Of a DNA stretch of 64,000 nucleotides, positions 49,261 through 60,800 are shown piece by piece; position 1 is the stretch's first letter, and every line of letters starts with the position of its first letter. The DNA is from Oikopleura dioica (taxonomy: Eukaryota > Animalia > Chordata): contig OU015568.1 of the NCBI GenBank assembly GCA_907165135.1, positions 14,198,001 to 14,262,000 on the forward strand. Direction: 5' to 3'. Below the pieces are notes generated by a model. That model made no database searches. It was not told the origin of the DNA and worked only from the letters and a program-made list of their open reading frames with translations. The position numbers and the translations under genes are program-made.

Positions 49261-52133
49261 ATGAGCTTGACACCGCCATGGCGATTGAAAATGATAAAAG
49301 ATGTTATTTTTGTACTTTTTCTTTTCGGAGTTTTCTTAATTTTACGCTCGGCGATGGTGAACAAAATAGAATCAAAGCCAGTGTCGACCTTTAGAGAAGA
49401 TGTCATCAAGAATTTTGAGTCTTACTACGACTCAGAGATTGAAATTGAAGATGAATATGAAGAAGAAAATTTGTCGAACATTTATGAAAACGGCGAAAGT
49501 AGGGAATCCGGAAACGAAGAAAGTGCAAAGAAACCTACAGGTAATCATTGAATATATTTTTTTATAAATTATCTTCCATTAATAGACGAGGAGCTCAAAG
49601 CAACCTTCGAGCACCGGAAGCAAGTGATGCGTAGAGGATGTTCGGTCATCAAAAAGATTCAGCAGCTTATGATGACTGGCACATTTGAAAATCTCTTAGA
49701 GCTTCATAAAATCATTTATGATGTTTCCAAACCCATACCGCCCGCGTGGAAGTCGCCAGGAAAATGCAGACCTGATAATGTACCGCAATCTGCTGTCAGC
49801 AGGGGTCTAAATATCAGCCGAAATCCTAGTGCGAAAGCGAAGCGAAAGCGAACCATTTTTTCAAACTTTTTGCGAAGCGAAAGCGAAGCGAATTTTTCGC
49901 CCATGTGCGAAGCGAAAGCGAAGCGAAATATCATTGAAAATTGCGAAAAAAAGCGAAAATTTTTTCGCTTGAATTGAAACGCATTTTCTGGCAAGAATCT
50001 TTAGCAATCAGACACTCAAAAGCGAAGATGATTTCAAAAACCTATTTTTGGGGCAGAAAATTACAAAAAAATCTGTTACTGTACCTTTTTCCAGCTCGTC
50101 AATATAAGCCGAATGGTGGGTCTAACTGTTGATTATTCAAAATTAGTAATAAACTCGATATCAGGGGTGACTATTCGGGTATCGCCGATGCCGCATCGGG
50201 AAGTCGGGGAAAACGGACAATTTTCGGACAAAATTTGTTCGGCCGGGCATTCGGACGGCTTAGCTACTTAAATTTGGCCGGGCAAAAGCGGGCATTTCGT
50301 GCATTTGGGCAAGCTCGGCACTTTCGGGGAATTCAGCGCTTTTGGGCAGTTGGTCAAGCCCGCGCCGAGGAAAATTCTTAAATTTCGCATTCTTTACAAC
50401 TATTTATGCTCTCATGCTCAAATCTCTAACTGAATCAAAAGCCTCTCGATTCGAGAGTCTCGAAACATATTTTTCTAGCCCTTATATATTGAATATCCCA
50501 TCACCAGCTCGACCGGGCATTCGGACGGCGCGACTCTTGGCCCTTGATTTCGGCCGGGCATTCGGATGGCCAATCGACGATTTCTTGCCATGATGGCCAG
50601 GACCAGCTCTATAACCAGTCAACCGTTGGATTTATTGAGAGTTAGACCCACCATTAGACTCGTCTTGACAAGACTGAGAAAACTTGAATTTATAACGGCA
50701 TCAATAATGCCCCTCTCCAACTCTTTGATTAAGACTCTTCCGAATAGAAAAGTCGCTTGCAGTGCGAAAATTTTTGCGAAAATTTGGGAATTTTTGCGAA
50801 GCGAAAGCGAAGCGAATTCTGCTCTCAAGTGCGAAGCGAAGCGAAAGCGAATTCGCTTCGCTTCGCATCGCTTCGCAATAAAGCGAATTCGCACTGCGAA
50901 TTTAGACCCCTGCTGTCAGGTAACTATAAAATGCAAGGAGAAATTTTGAGTACGGGTATTTTCAGATTGGTAGAAGATCCATTCAATATCTTGATCTGTT
51001 TACCACCAAAATGCGGTACAACTAATTGGCAGCGAGGAATGAATACCCTGAACTCCATTATTGACGGGAAAAAACGAGAGCCCGAGACGTTCTACCCGCC
51101 AAAATTATACAGTCTTCTTCCAGTTCTAACCACCAAGCAAATCGATAGCAATAAGACCAAGCCGTTGAGATGGGAAAGAAAAGTTGCGAACACCAGAAAT
51201 CCCTTTGCTAGATTATTTTCCGCGTGGAATGACAAAAGCAGAAATCATCTTGATGAGCACGGAGAAATAAGTTTTGATGAGTACGATCTACAAATATTCC
51301 GACATTTTAAACCTCCTCTCTTTAGCTTTTCGGGATCAAGAATTCTTCAACTTGTAGAAGAAGGAAACATATCAGAAGCAAAGAAGCGCATGCGAGGAAT
51401 TATTGCTGACAAGACGAACCACTTCCATGCGCCATATTGGGCCGGAATCAAGCCTTTTCAAACTTCGCGGCCTCCAGCTGGTAGAAATTCTTCATTCGAA
51501 GGAACGGTTTTTTAAGAAATCAAGTATCAATAAAAGAGGCAAAAGATTTAACAGCCTCAGAATATCGAAATAAACCAAACTCAAGCATTCGCCGAATACA
51601 TCGTCGCTAACCCTGGTAATTCAAAAATGAACCACCACTGGAGAACTCTTTACGGCCAATGTGCTCCTTGTGCCGTTGAATACGAGTATATCATCCATCT
51701 AGGTAACCTTTTGACCCAAGTTTTTGCACTATAATTTTATAGAGGAAAGTCTTTACGAAACTCCATACTTACTAAAACGACTTGGCGTTAACGAGCAAAC
51801 GCATGTCCCTGGAAAATATTCATGGTCTCCGGCTGGTCGAGAGGAGATGAAATGGAGTTCTGTGCCTCGGCTTACTGCTGAGAAGATTTATCAGCATTAC
51901 TATGCGGATTTTGTGCTCTTTGGATACTCTCCTGACGAAGTTCTTGGGTAAATAAGCGTTGTGAACAACAGATTTAAATTTTTTTAGTTTCATCGATGCG
52001 ACAAGATCGGATCTAAAAGCAGCTTCTGTAGCACAAAGAGATCAGTCACGTGCAAATCTTTTTCCAATGCGAAAAAGTTATTTATCGAAATACTACGAAG
52101 GCTGCCAAAACTAGCTTATTGAAATCTTATTGA
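49261..52133 (+). CDS. Carbohydrate sulfotransferase (Sulfotransfer_2, CHST8-14/HNK-1ST-like), interrupted by a transposon
   Basis: Type II TM, 5'-PSB ICLPPKCGTTNW, 3'-PB TRNPFARLFSAW, SFEAFAEYI, NHHWRTLYGQCAPC and YQHYYADFVLFGY. Confidence 0.88.
49800..50912. mobile_element. 1.1-kb non-autonomous DNA transposon (hAT/P-like termini) with subterminal GCGAA arrays
   Basis: Ends CAGGGGTCTAAAT and ATTTAGACCCCTG. CTGTCAG is duplicated at 49793-49799 and 50913-50919 (7 bp, or 8 bp GCTGTCAG if the terminal G is shared). Dense GCGAA(A)GCGAA repeats at about 49830-49960 and 50760-50900. Confidence 0.9.
51502..51585 (+). other. Non-canonical GA-AG intron in the sulfotransferase gene
   Basis: GAA G|GAACGG...CTCAAG|CA TTC restores SFEAFAEYI. 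The GT alternative at ACG|GTTTTT is out of frame. Confidence 0.65.
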
Positions 52134-52346
52134 AAAATAATCTGCAATGCTTCTTCAATTTCTGTGCAATAAATTTATGAGAAAAAAAATTTCCGTCGAG
52201 TGATTAAAGACACCTGCTATCAGTTGGCCGGTAAACTTCAATTTCTATTCAAGAAGAAGAATCCAAAAATCTTGAGAACTTAACACATGTTCAAAACTGG
52301 ACATCAGTTTCGTTTTTCGATTAGCTAAGGCTAATTTCGAGAGAAA

Positions 52347-54184
52347 ATGTGGCATCTTTTGCTGCTCGTTGCCGGAGCACAGGCCTATTTTAATGAAAGT
52401 TGCAACGCTCTTCACTTGGCGGAAGTGTGTGAAGATGGGTGTAACACCGATCTAAACATTTGTATTGCCGGAGCGGGCGGTAATTACGACAAAATTCATG
52501 AATGCCTGCGTATACACGAAAATTGCTTTCAAAGCTGCCCTTGTCACGCCGTTTGTCCTTGGGGTTGTCCCTGCTATGCGAATGGTGGAAATTGGGAGTG
52601 TGAAAATACATGCACTGATCTATACCACGATGAAGCAGTTTTGGTAATGAAATTTTTAATCGACCAAAAAAAAAACTTATTTCAGTGTACAAAATTGTGC
52701 AATGAAAAAGCTTGCGAATGTTTTAACGACTGCCCAATCTTCGACTATCCTTGCTCCGAAAAATGTGGATTAGGATCGGGTTAATTTGTTATTTTTTTAC
52801 TTCATTATTCGTTTGACAAAATAATAACCCAAAAACAGCGCTTGTAAGATGTCATCAAAGCTGTCCCTGTGGCGCTCTCTGTCCATGGGGATGTCCCTGT
52901 CCGAACTTTTGCAATGAAGCTACCAACCAGACTGCATTGATCTTCACACACAAAAGTTACAACGGGGAGCTTGAGTCAGATCCTTTCTTGCTCAAATGGA
53001 TCGGCGTCGAGCAAATCGATGATGATAATTGGCTTCATACTGAACCAATTGTCTCAGAATTTTCTGATTTCGCCACTTATCCTACCGAGGAGTTCCACTC
53101 GGAGTGCTTTGCTGTCTACAAAGGCCAGCAATTCGTTTTTGGGGGCGAAAATGTAAGAGCATGAAAGTACCTTAAAAAAATATTTCCCTTTAGAACGAAG
53201 TTTACACTATTGGAGACTGTGGTCTTCGCGTAAGAACTGGACAAGAACTTCCTCGTATCAAAGGAGAAGATGGAGTCGATAAACCCGAAAATAAGCAAAT
53301 CTGGCGAGGACATAGCTGTACTGGAGTCAACTTCGACATTGGAACTGATGTTCTCGTTTTATGCTCGCCAAGAGAACAAGGAAATATGTGCTATATGTAG
53401 GTATCAAGTAACTCAAACTCAAAATCATGTTAAAATTAAGTGGAAACTGGGACCCCGCCACAGAGGCTTTCATCAGATGGGAACGTCTTGACGAATATTC
53501 AACTGAAGGACACGCAGATGGTGCTATCGTTACGTGGAGAAACAGGGCGGTTCTTATTGGTGGTCAGCAGATGAAGAACCAAGATACATCCCCGAATGCC
53601 GAATCTGAATTCTTTGTTCCAGATCTCAGTCAGGAGGATAGATGGGAGCATCTTCCCGATCTTCCCTTCCGAGTTATACACCACTCAGCAGTCGCTTACG
53701 ATAGATGGATCTGGGTCTTTGGAGGATTACGGGAAATTATTGGCGGTGAAACTATCAGCGATCGAGCTGTTATGAGATTCGAGGTAAGGAATCAGGAAAA
53801 ATTGATTTTTACCTAGATTATTCTAGGAAGGCCTCGAGGGACAAAACTACGCCTGGGAGGTTGAAGGTCTTTTGAGAACACCAAGAGTGTATCATACAAC
53901 TATCTGGCAGGACGAACGCCATCTCTTGATCGTTGGAGGTCGAGAATATCACAATGAACCAAATTCTAAGTATGTCTGCAGACTACTAACCTTTGCTTAT
54001 ATATTTAAGTCTTCCCTTTGAACAATGGATAAACGTTGGAGAAAAATTGGGAGCCAATGGCCAGTATCTCAGACCAAACTTCATCGAAGAAGAATCAAAA
54101 CAAACAAGACGTGGTCTCGATAACCCAGTTGTTTTCATGATGAGAAATAATTACGGCGAGCAATGTCCTGAATTCCTTGTCTAA
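52347..54184 (+). CDS. Secreted Cys-rich-repeat plus Kelch-repeat protein (paralog B)
   Basis: MWHLLLLVAGAQA signal, YFNESCNALHLAEVCED, CPCHAVCPWGCPC and CPCGALCPWGCPC, and Kelch blades (RNRAVLIGG, WEHLPDLPFRVIHHSAVAYDRWIWVFGG). Clear homology with paralog A and a shared intron position. Confidence 0.82.
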
Positions 54185-54547
54185 TTCTGTCCAAATAAAT
54201 ACATTTTTACATTAATCTTCTCCCCTGCGTATGCTTATGAGCTGCAAAATTAACGAAACGTGATTCGAATAAAGTCACACTCTATTCGCATCCCGCACTA
54301 TGAACGCTCTCTCAACAATAATTTATTCCTAGAAATGCAACTCTCAAATTTAGAGACTGTAGTAAAGTCAGACTATATGAAGAATGAGCTATATTTGGTG
54401 TCTTTGCATTCCTTTTCCGAATGCCATAAATAAGGGTTTGTTGAACTTAGGAGAGGGGCTAGTACATGAGTAGCTGCTCCTTGAAACAGCTTATAAATAA
54501 GGAATTATCACAGAAACGGAAAGTAGATGGTTCGGGACTTTTGATTT

Positions 54548-57098
54548 TTACATCTTGCTCTTCATGTAGTTAAGGGCGGAACCGTTCTTGAACCAGTTGA
54601 TCTGGAGGTCGTTGAAAGTGTGGTTCAATGGGAAAGAGTCAGAGCTGCCGTCGGCGTGGGTGGCGGTGCAAGTGACCTATGATGATGTTTAGTTTGAGCA
54701 TAAAGATGCAAGATGAACCTGGCTAAAAGGAGCGAGCTCGGTGATGCCGGTGAGGGTGATCTTGTCATCGGGTCGGATCTTGTCGTAATCAGCGGGATCA
54801 GCGAAGGTAAGTGGGAGCATACCCTGCTTCTTGAGGTTAGTCTCGTGGATTCGAGCGAAGGATTTGACGATGATAGCTCGGCCACCAAGATGTCTATAAA
54901 ATTCATAATTTCAAATCAAATAAAATGCAATTTTTATTACCGGGGCTCAAGAGCGGCGTGTTCTCGGGAAGAGCCTTCACCATAGTTATCGTCACCGACG
55001 ACAACCCATGGGACGCCAGCGGCTTTGTACTGTCGGGCAATGTCTGGGACACCACCTCGTTCGCCAGTAGTCCAGTTGCAGACGTTGTTCATCTCTTCGT
55101 TCTCAGAGTTGAGACCAGTGATGAGGAAGTTGTTGGAGATGTTGTCGAGGTGACCTCGGAACTTGAGCCATGGACCGGCAGCGGAGATGTGGTCAGTGGT
55201 GCACTTGCCCTTGACCTTGATGAGGACCTGAGCGTTCTCGAGGTTCTTTCCGTCCCAAGCGTTGAAGGGGGCGAGGAGCTGGAGTCGCTGGGAATTCTCA
55301 TCGACGATGACTTCACCGGCACCTTCTGCTGGTGGATGAGTGTAGTAGTTCTTGCCAGCTTCCCATCCTTTGCCGGGGAGTTCGTCACCGTATGGGGTCT
55401 CAAGCTAGACAAAAAGTAAGAATAATCGAAGTAATATGATTGCAAACCTTGAACTTGGATCCATCGGGAGCAGTGAGCTCATCGACTTCGGGGTCGAAGT
55501 CGAGGGTTCCGGTGATAGCGTAAACAGTAGCGAGTTCAGGAGAGGCAACGAAACCGTGGGTCATTGGGTTGGAGTCGTTTCGTCCAGTGAAGTTTCGGTT
55601 GAAGGAGGTGACGATGGAGTTCTTCTCGCCCTTCTCAGTGTCCTTTCGGTTCCACTGACCAATGCATGGACCGCAAGAGTTGGACATAACGACACCACCG
55701 ACCTTCTCGAAGATTTCAGTGTAGCCATCCCGTTCAATGGTAGCTCGGACCTAAAATTGAGGCTTGAGGCGTGCTTAGAATTCGATATTCACCTGTTCGG
55801 AACCGGGAGAGATGGAGAAGCCAGCCTTGCAAGTCATGCCTCGGTCAGCAATCTGCTTAGCGAGGGAAGCGGCTCGGCCCATATCTTCGTAGGAGGAGTT
55901 GGTGCAAGAACCAATCAAACCGTACTTGACCTCAACGGGCCAGTCGTTCTTTCGGGCGGTATTACCGACCTCGGAAGCGAGATGGTAAAGATCAGGGGTG
56001 AATGGACCGTTGATACCGGGTCGGAGCTCATCGAGGTTGATGTGGATGTGCTGGTCGTATTCAGCGCCGGCATCAGCAGAGAGGAGACCCTGGTTGGCAT
56101 CAGCGAGGTCACCAATGGCGGATCGGCCGGTGGAGTCGAGGTACTTTCGCATTCGGTGGTTGTATGGGAACATGGAAGTAGTGGCACCGATTTCAGCACC
56201 CATGTTGCAGATAGTAGCCATACCAGTGCTAGAAACAGTGATAATAATGTGGTTTAGATTTTCAGAGGTTACCAAGACATAGACTCGACACCGGGGCCGA
56301 AGTATTCGACGATGGCACCAGTACCACCCTTGACGGTGAGGATGTCAGCGACCTTGAGGATGACGTCCTTGGGAGAGGTCCAGCCGGAAAGCTTGCCAGT
56401 CAATTCAACACCGATGACCTTGGGGCACTTGAGTTCCCATGGGATACCAGCCATGACATCGACGGCATCAGCGCCACCAACGCCGACACAGCAGCCACCG
56501 AGACCACCACCGTTGGGAGTGTGAGAGTCAGTACCGATAAGCATGACACCGGGGAAGGCGTAGTTTTCGAGGACGATCTGGTGAATGATACCAGAGCCAG
56601 CTTCCCAGAAGCCGACACCGTACTTTTTACCAGCAGAGCCGAGGAAATCGTAGACTTCTCGGTTAAGGGTGTTGGCAACCTTAAGATCGGCAACGGAACC
56701 GTTCTCGGCGGCGATCAAGTGATCGGCATGGATGGTAGAGGGAACGGCGACTCGGGGCATGCCGGAGGAGATGAACTGGAGCATGGCCATCTGGGCGGTG
56801 GCGTCCTGCATGGCAACTCGGTCGGGTCGGAGGTTCAGGTAAGATTCACCTCGTCGGATGTCGGCCTCGGCGGCGTTGTCCAAGTGACCGTAGACGACCT
56901 GAAATAAATTAGGGCAACGCTCATGATTGAATAGCTTACCTTCTCGGAAAGAGTAAGAGGTCGGTTAAGTCGGCCCTTGACAATATCGATATTCTTGGCG
57001 AGACCCTCGTAGTTGACTGGGGCATCGTCGAATCGTGACATTGGCACGCTCGAAGCAGCCTTGCTGCATTTCTTTGCAGCCAAGCGGGCCCTCAACAT
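54548..57098 (-). CDS. ACO2: Mitochondrial aconitate hydratase
   Basis: [83 protein letters not shown] and [15 protein letters not shown], ending [11 protein letters not shown]. Confidence 0.99.
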
Positions 57099-57833
57099 TC
57101 CGTTTCTAAACCCTTTTATTGTCATATTGTGCCGTTGTCAATAAATAACAGTCAGACTCTGACTGTCAGAGCTACTTATAATTGATGTTTAATTATCAAT
57201 TCTTCTGCAACATGCTTTTCTCTGATTCTCGTTGAAATGAGAAACGAGGGAAAAAACGATGAAATGATAACTAGCACTGCGATTACGGGGGTTCGCAACG
57301 GATTTTTTAGCAACTCGAAAATAAATGCTTCCGGCTAAACAGTCTGGGAAATAAGGGAGCTACGAAGATAACATCAGATAAAAGCAAGATTCAGCGATGA
57401 GGAGTTGTTATAAATAGAAGTAAGTCTTAACTGAAGAAATTTGATTTCTGATCTAATAGAAAGCATTATGGTTTGAAAAGGTCAATGGGATCTAGAAAAA
57501 TAAAGGGGATGATGGAACTAGGTCAATGGAGGGATGAAATAATTTCGTAAATGATTTTAAGTGATTCTTCTTGGATGCTAGTTGTCCCAGATTCCGCGGA
57601 TCTTGGTAGAGTAGCGTTCGCCCTGAATTTCGTTGAATTAGAATCTCTCTTGTTGATTTGCCCAGAGAAAAGAGGGCAAGCTTTACGCCGCAGAGGCAAA
57701 GTGACTCATTCAGAAAACTAAGATAATGAGTTACATAACGCAGTTCTCAATTAAAGTCGTAGTCTAATTAATTCCTTCTTATAAGAAAGCGCCAATTTCA
57801 AGATTAGTAATGCGTCTCGACATGAACGGCTAC

Positions 57834-60800
57834 TTATCCGATAATCGAATTACTTACGGCTTCTCGGATGCGTTCGTCCTGCTTCTTTCGTTCCTCAGAA
57901 GTCATTTCTCCTGTAAAAAGAGACGACTGCTCGTTTCCAAAAACAGATCGGATGTCGGCAGGACTAGAAGTTGTTTTGCTGCCGAATCCAGGAGGCGGAA
58001 GCGTAGAAGATCGGTTCGTTAGACTTTCAAAAGCAGAAACGGGTGGACTGTTTGACTGAAGGAAGCCAGTATTTTGAGCTGGTTGAGATTCTCTGAAGCT
58101 CTGGCTCTGTCCAAAGATGTCTGTTCGGAACGGAGCTCTGTTTTCCGTTGGCCATGGTCGTTCATGGTAATCGTCTGGTCGGTAGTTTTCCGGGCGATAT
58201 CGAAGTTCTCCATATCTCGGTTGATAAGGATCGTAGGAATTGAAGGGCTGCTGGTAAAATGATGTACCAGGTCGTGGATTTCGTCCGGGCGCTGGATCGA
58301 AGACTCTTGGACGAGTTGCGCTGATGTTTTCTTGACGTTGAATTTCCCGCTCAACATTTTGTCCAATCGTATTCAAACCAAAGGGATCAAATGATTCTTT
58401 TTCATCATCGCTAAAAACATGTTTATATTCTAGAAACGTGTTTGCAAAACAATACCTGTCAGGTTTTGGTGGTGTTTCACTGCGCTTGAGCTGCGGTAAG
58501 GATACTGTACTCTCGAGTTTGACGCTGCGGATGTGATCTCGAGTGAGAAAAGCTTTCGTCGGTGGAAGAAGCGCTCCTTCGTGGCCAGAAGAAGAATCAG
58601 TCGAATCAGATATGGGGATGTCCTCAACAGGCGCAGCTTTTGTTGGTTTGGCCTTTGCCCTTGGGGTCGGCTGGACACTCGATGCAGACGAAGACAGGGA
58701 GCTGGATCGGCTCGTCTTTTTACGCTTGTCCCGCGGGGTCTTAACACGTTTGCGCACTTGAGTCTTTTTCGGCGTTTTCGGCGCCATTTCCTTCTCCAAC
58801 TGTTGGGCTCTCTTCGACAGGTCTTTGAAGTCGGACTCGTATTTGGATTGATCTGAAATTGTCGTGCTCTCGTCGGCCCACTCCGGAAGGCTTTCTTCTG
58901 GCTCCTCTTCTTCATGAGTTTCGGCGGGGATTTCTTCGACGCTGGAATAACGAGCAGGCCTTGATGATGGCGGATCATTTTCCTTTTTCGGTTTTTTCTT
59001 CTCGAGTAGTTCTTCCTCCCTCTTTGCTTCTTTCGCAGCAAGCGCTTCACCTTCTTTTAACATCCTCTGGATTTCATCGTTCGATACAGGTTTGAATTGG
59101 CTTGTATCGAGCAATTTATTGATAGAGGGATAGTTGTGATTTTGGATAGGTGCCACCTTTGCCTCAGGTCGCTTGCGTTTGAGGTGACTATACATTTTGC
59201 GCATAAGGGGGTCAATCACACTTGCTGGAATAGTGGCCACTTTTCCGAACTTTTCGAAGTAGTCGTGTGTCACACAGTTAGCTTCGATGTATCCCATGAT
59301 AATGATTCCAAACAAGAGAAGCCACATCATAGCGACGATGATTTTTCGACAACTAGCTTCCCAAGGTGGGCGGGGAATGCTGGCACGACAGGCTTGAATG
59401 TGATCTTTTGGCACTCTGGACTGAAGCATAAACACAAACTTGCCGCCAAACTCCGTCGTTATGTCCATTATCGCTTGCGTTTCTAGCATCGAGAAATCAG
59501 GTCGGTATTTTAGCTTTATTTCCTTATACGCAGGCTCTTTATCTCCGACGGGCATGTGTCCATCAGAAAGTTTTCCCGTCACTTTCGAGCAATCCTGAAC
59601 TTCCCAACCATCTGACGCGCAGTATTCACCATTAATGCGAACTTGAACGATATTCGAAGGGATAACGGAAAAATTTTCCAAGATCAATGTCGTCTTTGAG
59701 CCCTTTTTAAACGGTAACTCGCCCGGCTTTGTAAAGTAGCAGTCCTTTAGATCATCGTCTCTGAAGAGCATCGTGAAGTAGCTATTTCCATCTTTTAGCT
59801 TTATCTCCTCTTTGACTCCCTTTCCCATCAGTCGAATAGGTTCGAGTACAGTCAGATTATTACGCAGCAGTAAGACTGCTTCGTGCATTCCAACTCTATT
59901 GGGAATAAAAGTCAGCACAATCGTCTCTTCCGACTGCGGAGGAATGACTGGACGAGGGAGCTGATACTCGCCATTTTTGGTCGAAACATTCTTCCTAACT
60001 ATTGCAAAATCAGGTGAATAGTTGAAATCATTCTTTGGATGGAGGTAAGGATAATCATCTTTGAGAGCTTTCTCAATACGGTAATTTTGCTGAATGTCAC
60101 CGAGGAGCACTGGTTGGAACATTATGTAATCATCGGATGGATTTTTTATTTTGATGACGCGTTGAGCTTGTAATCTGTGTGGAATCGTTACTGCAGTTTG
60201 AGCAAAAACTATCGGATGCTGTAGGAATGTCTCCTTCGTTACTACTTGCGCTAATCGAGGCCAGGTGAAATCTGGTTTGAAGTCAAAGTCGTAAAGCACA
60301 TTTTCTTGAGTCATTATAGTCAGAGATGTTCTCGTTTCTGATTCTTGTTTTTTGAAGTGGGCTCTGAAGCGATCATAGAGCTCTGCATCGTTCTTTGCCG
60401 ATTGATGGGGTCTATCCAAAGAAGAAAGCCACGCTTTGCCGCATTTATTATCTGGCCGCAGACTACCCATACACTCGCACTTTGCGAAGTATTCTCCTTT
60501 GCAGTACTGTCGGCCGTCGAACTCTAATTTGCCGACGGTGGTCTTTGTCATTGCATGGACAACTTTGTTATTTGGAATAAAACGAACGATGCCGATTTCA
60601 TTGGGAATCACGCTACTGGGATGAAGATCTCGCTGGAAAGTAGAAAACATGGAAATTTCTGCCGAAACTTTCTTCCCGGGAAAACTCTGTGGAAGTTTGA
60701 CTGGACTGTCCATGATTTTCATGCTTCCATCGTACCACTTTCCCTCAAAAGGTATTCTGATCACTTGGAAATGCGACACAATTGCCAGCGTTCCTTCTAT

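Noticed and set aside
49624-50949. ORFs rich in AKAKRK/SESEAN
   Set aside because: These are translations of the transposon GCGAA repeats, not genes.
57148-57166. Hairpin ACAGTCAGAGTCTGACTGT upstream of aconitase as an iron-responsive element
   Set aside because: A CAGAGU loop cannot be closed by a 5-bp upper stem with a bulged C, so the geometry does not fit an IRE.
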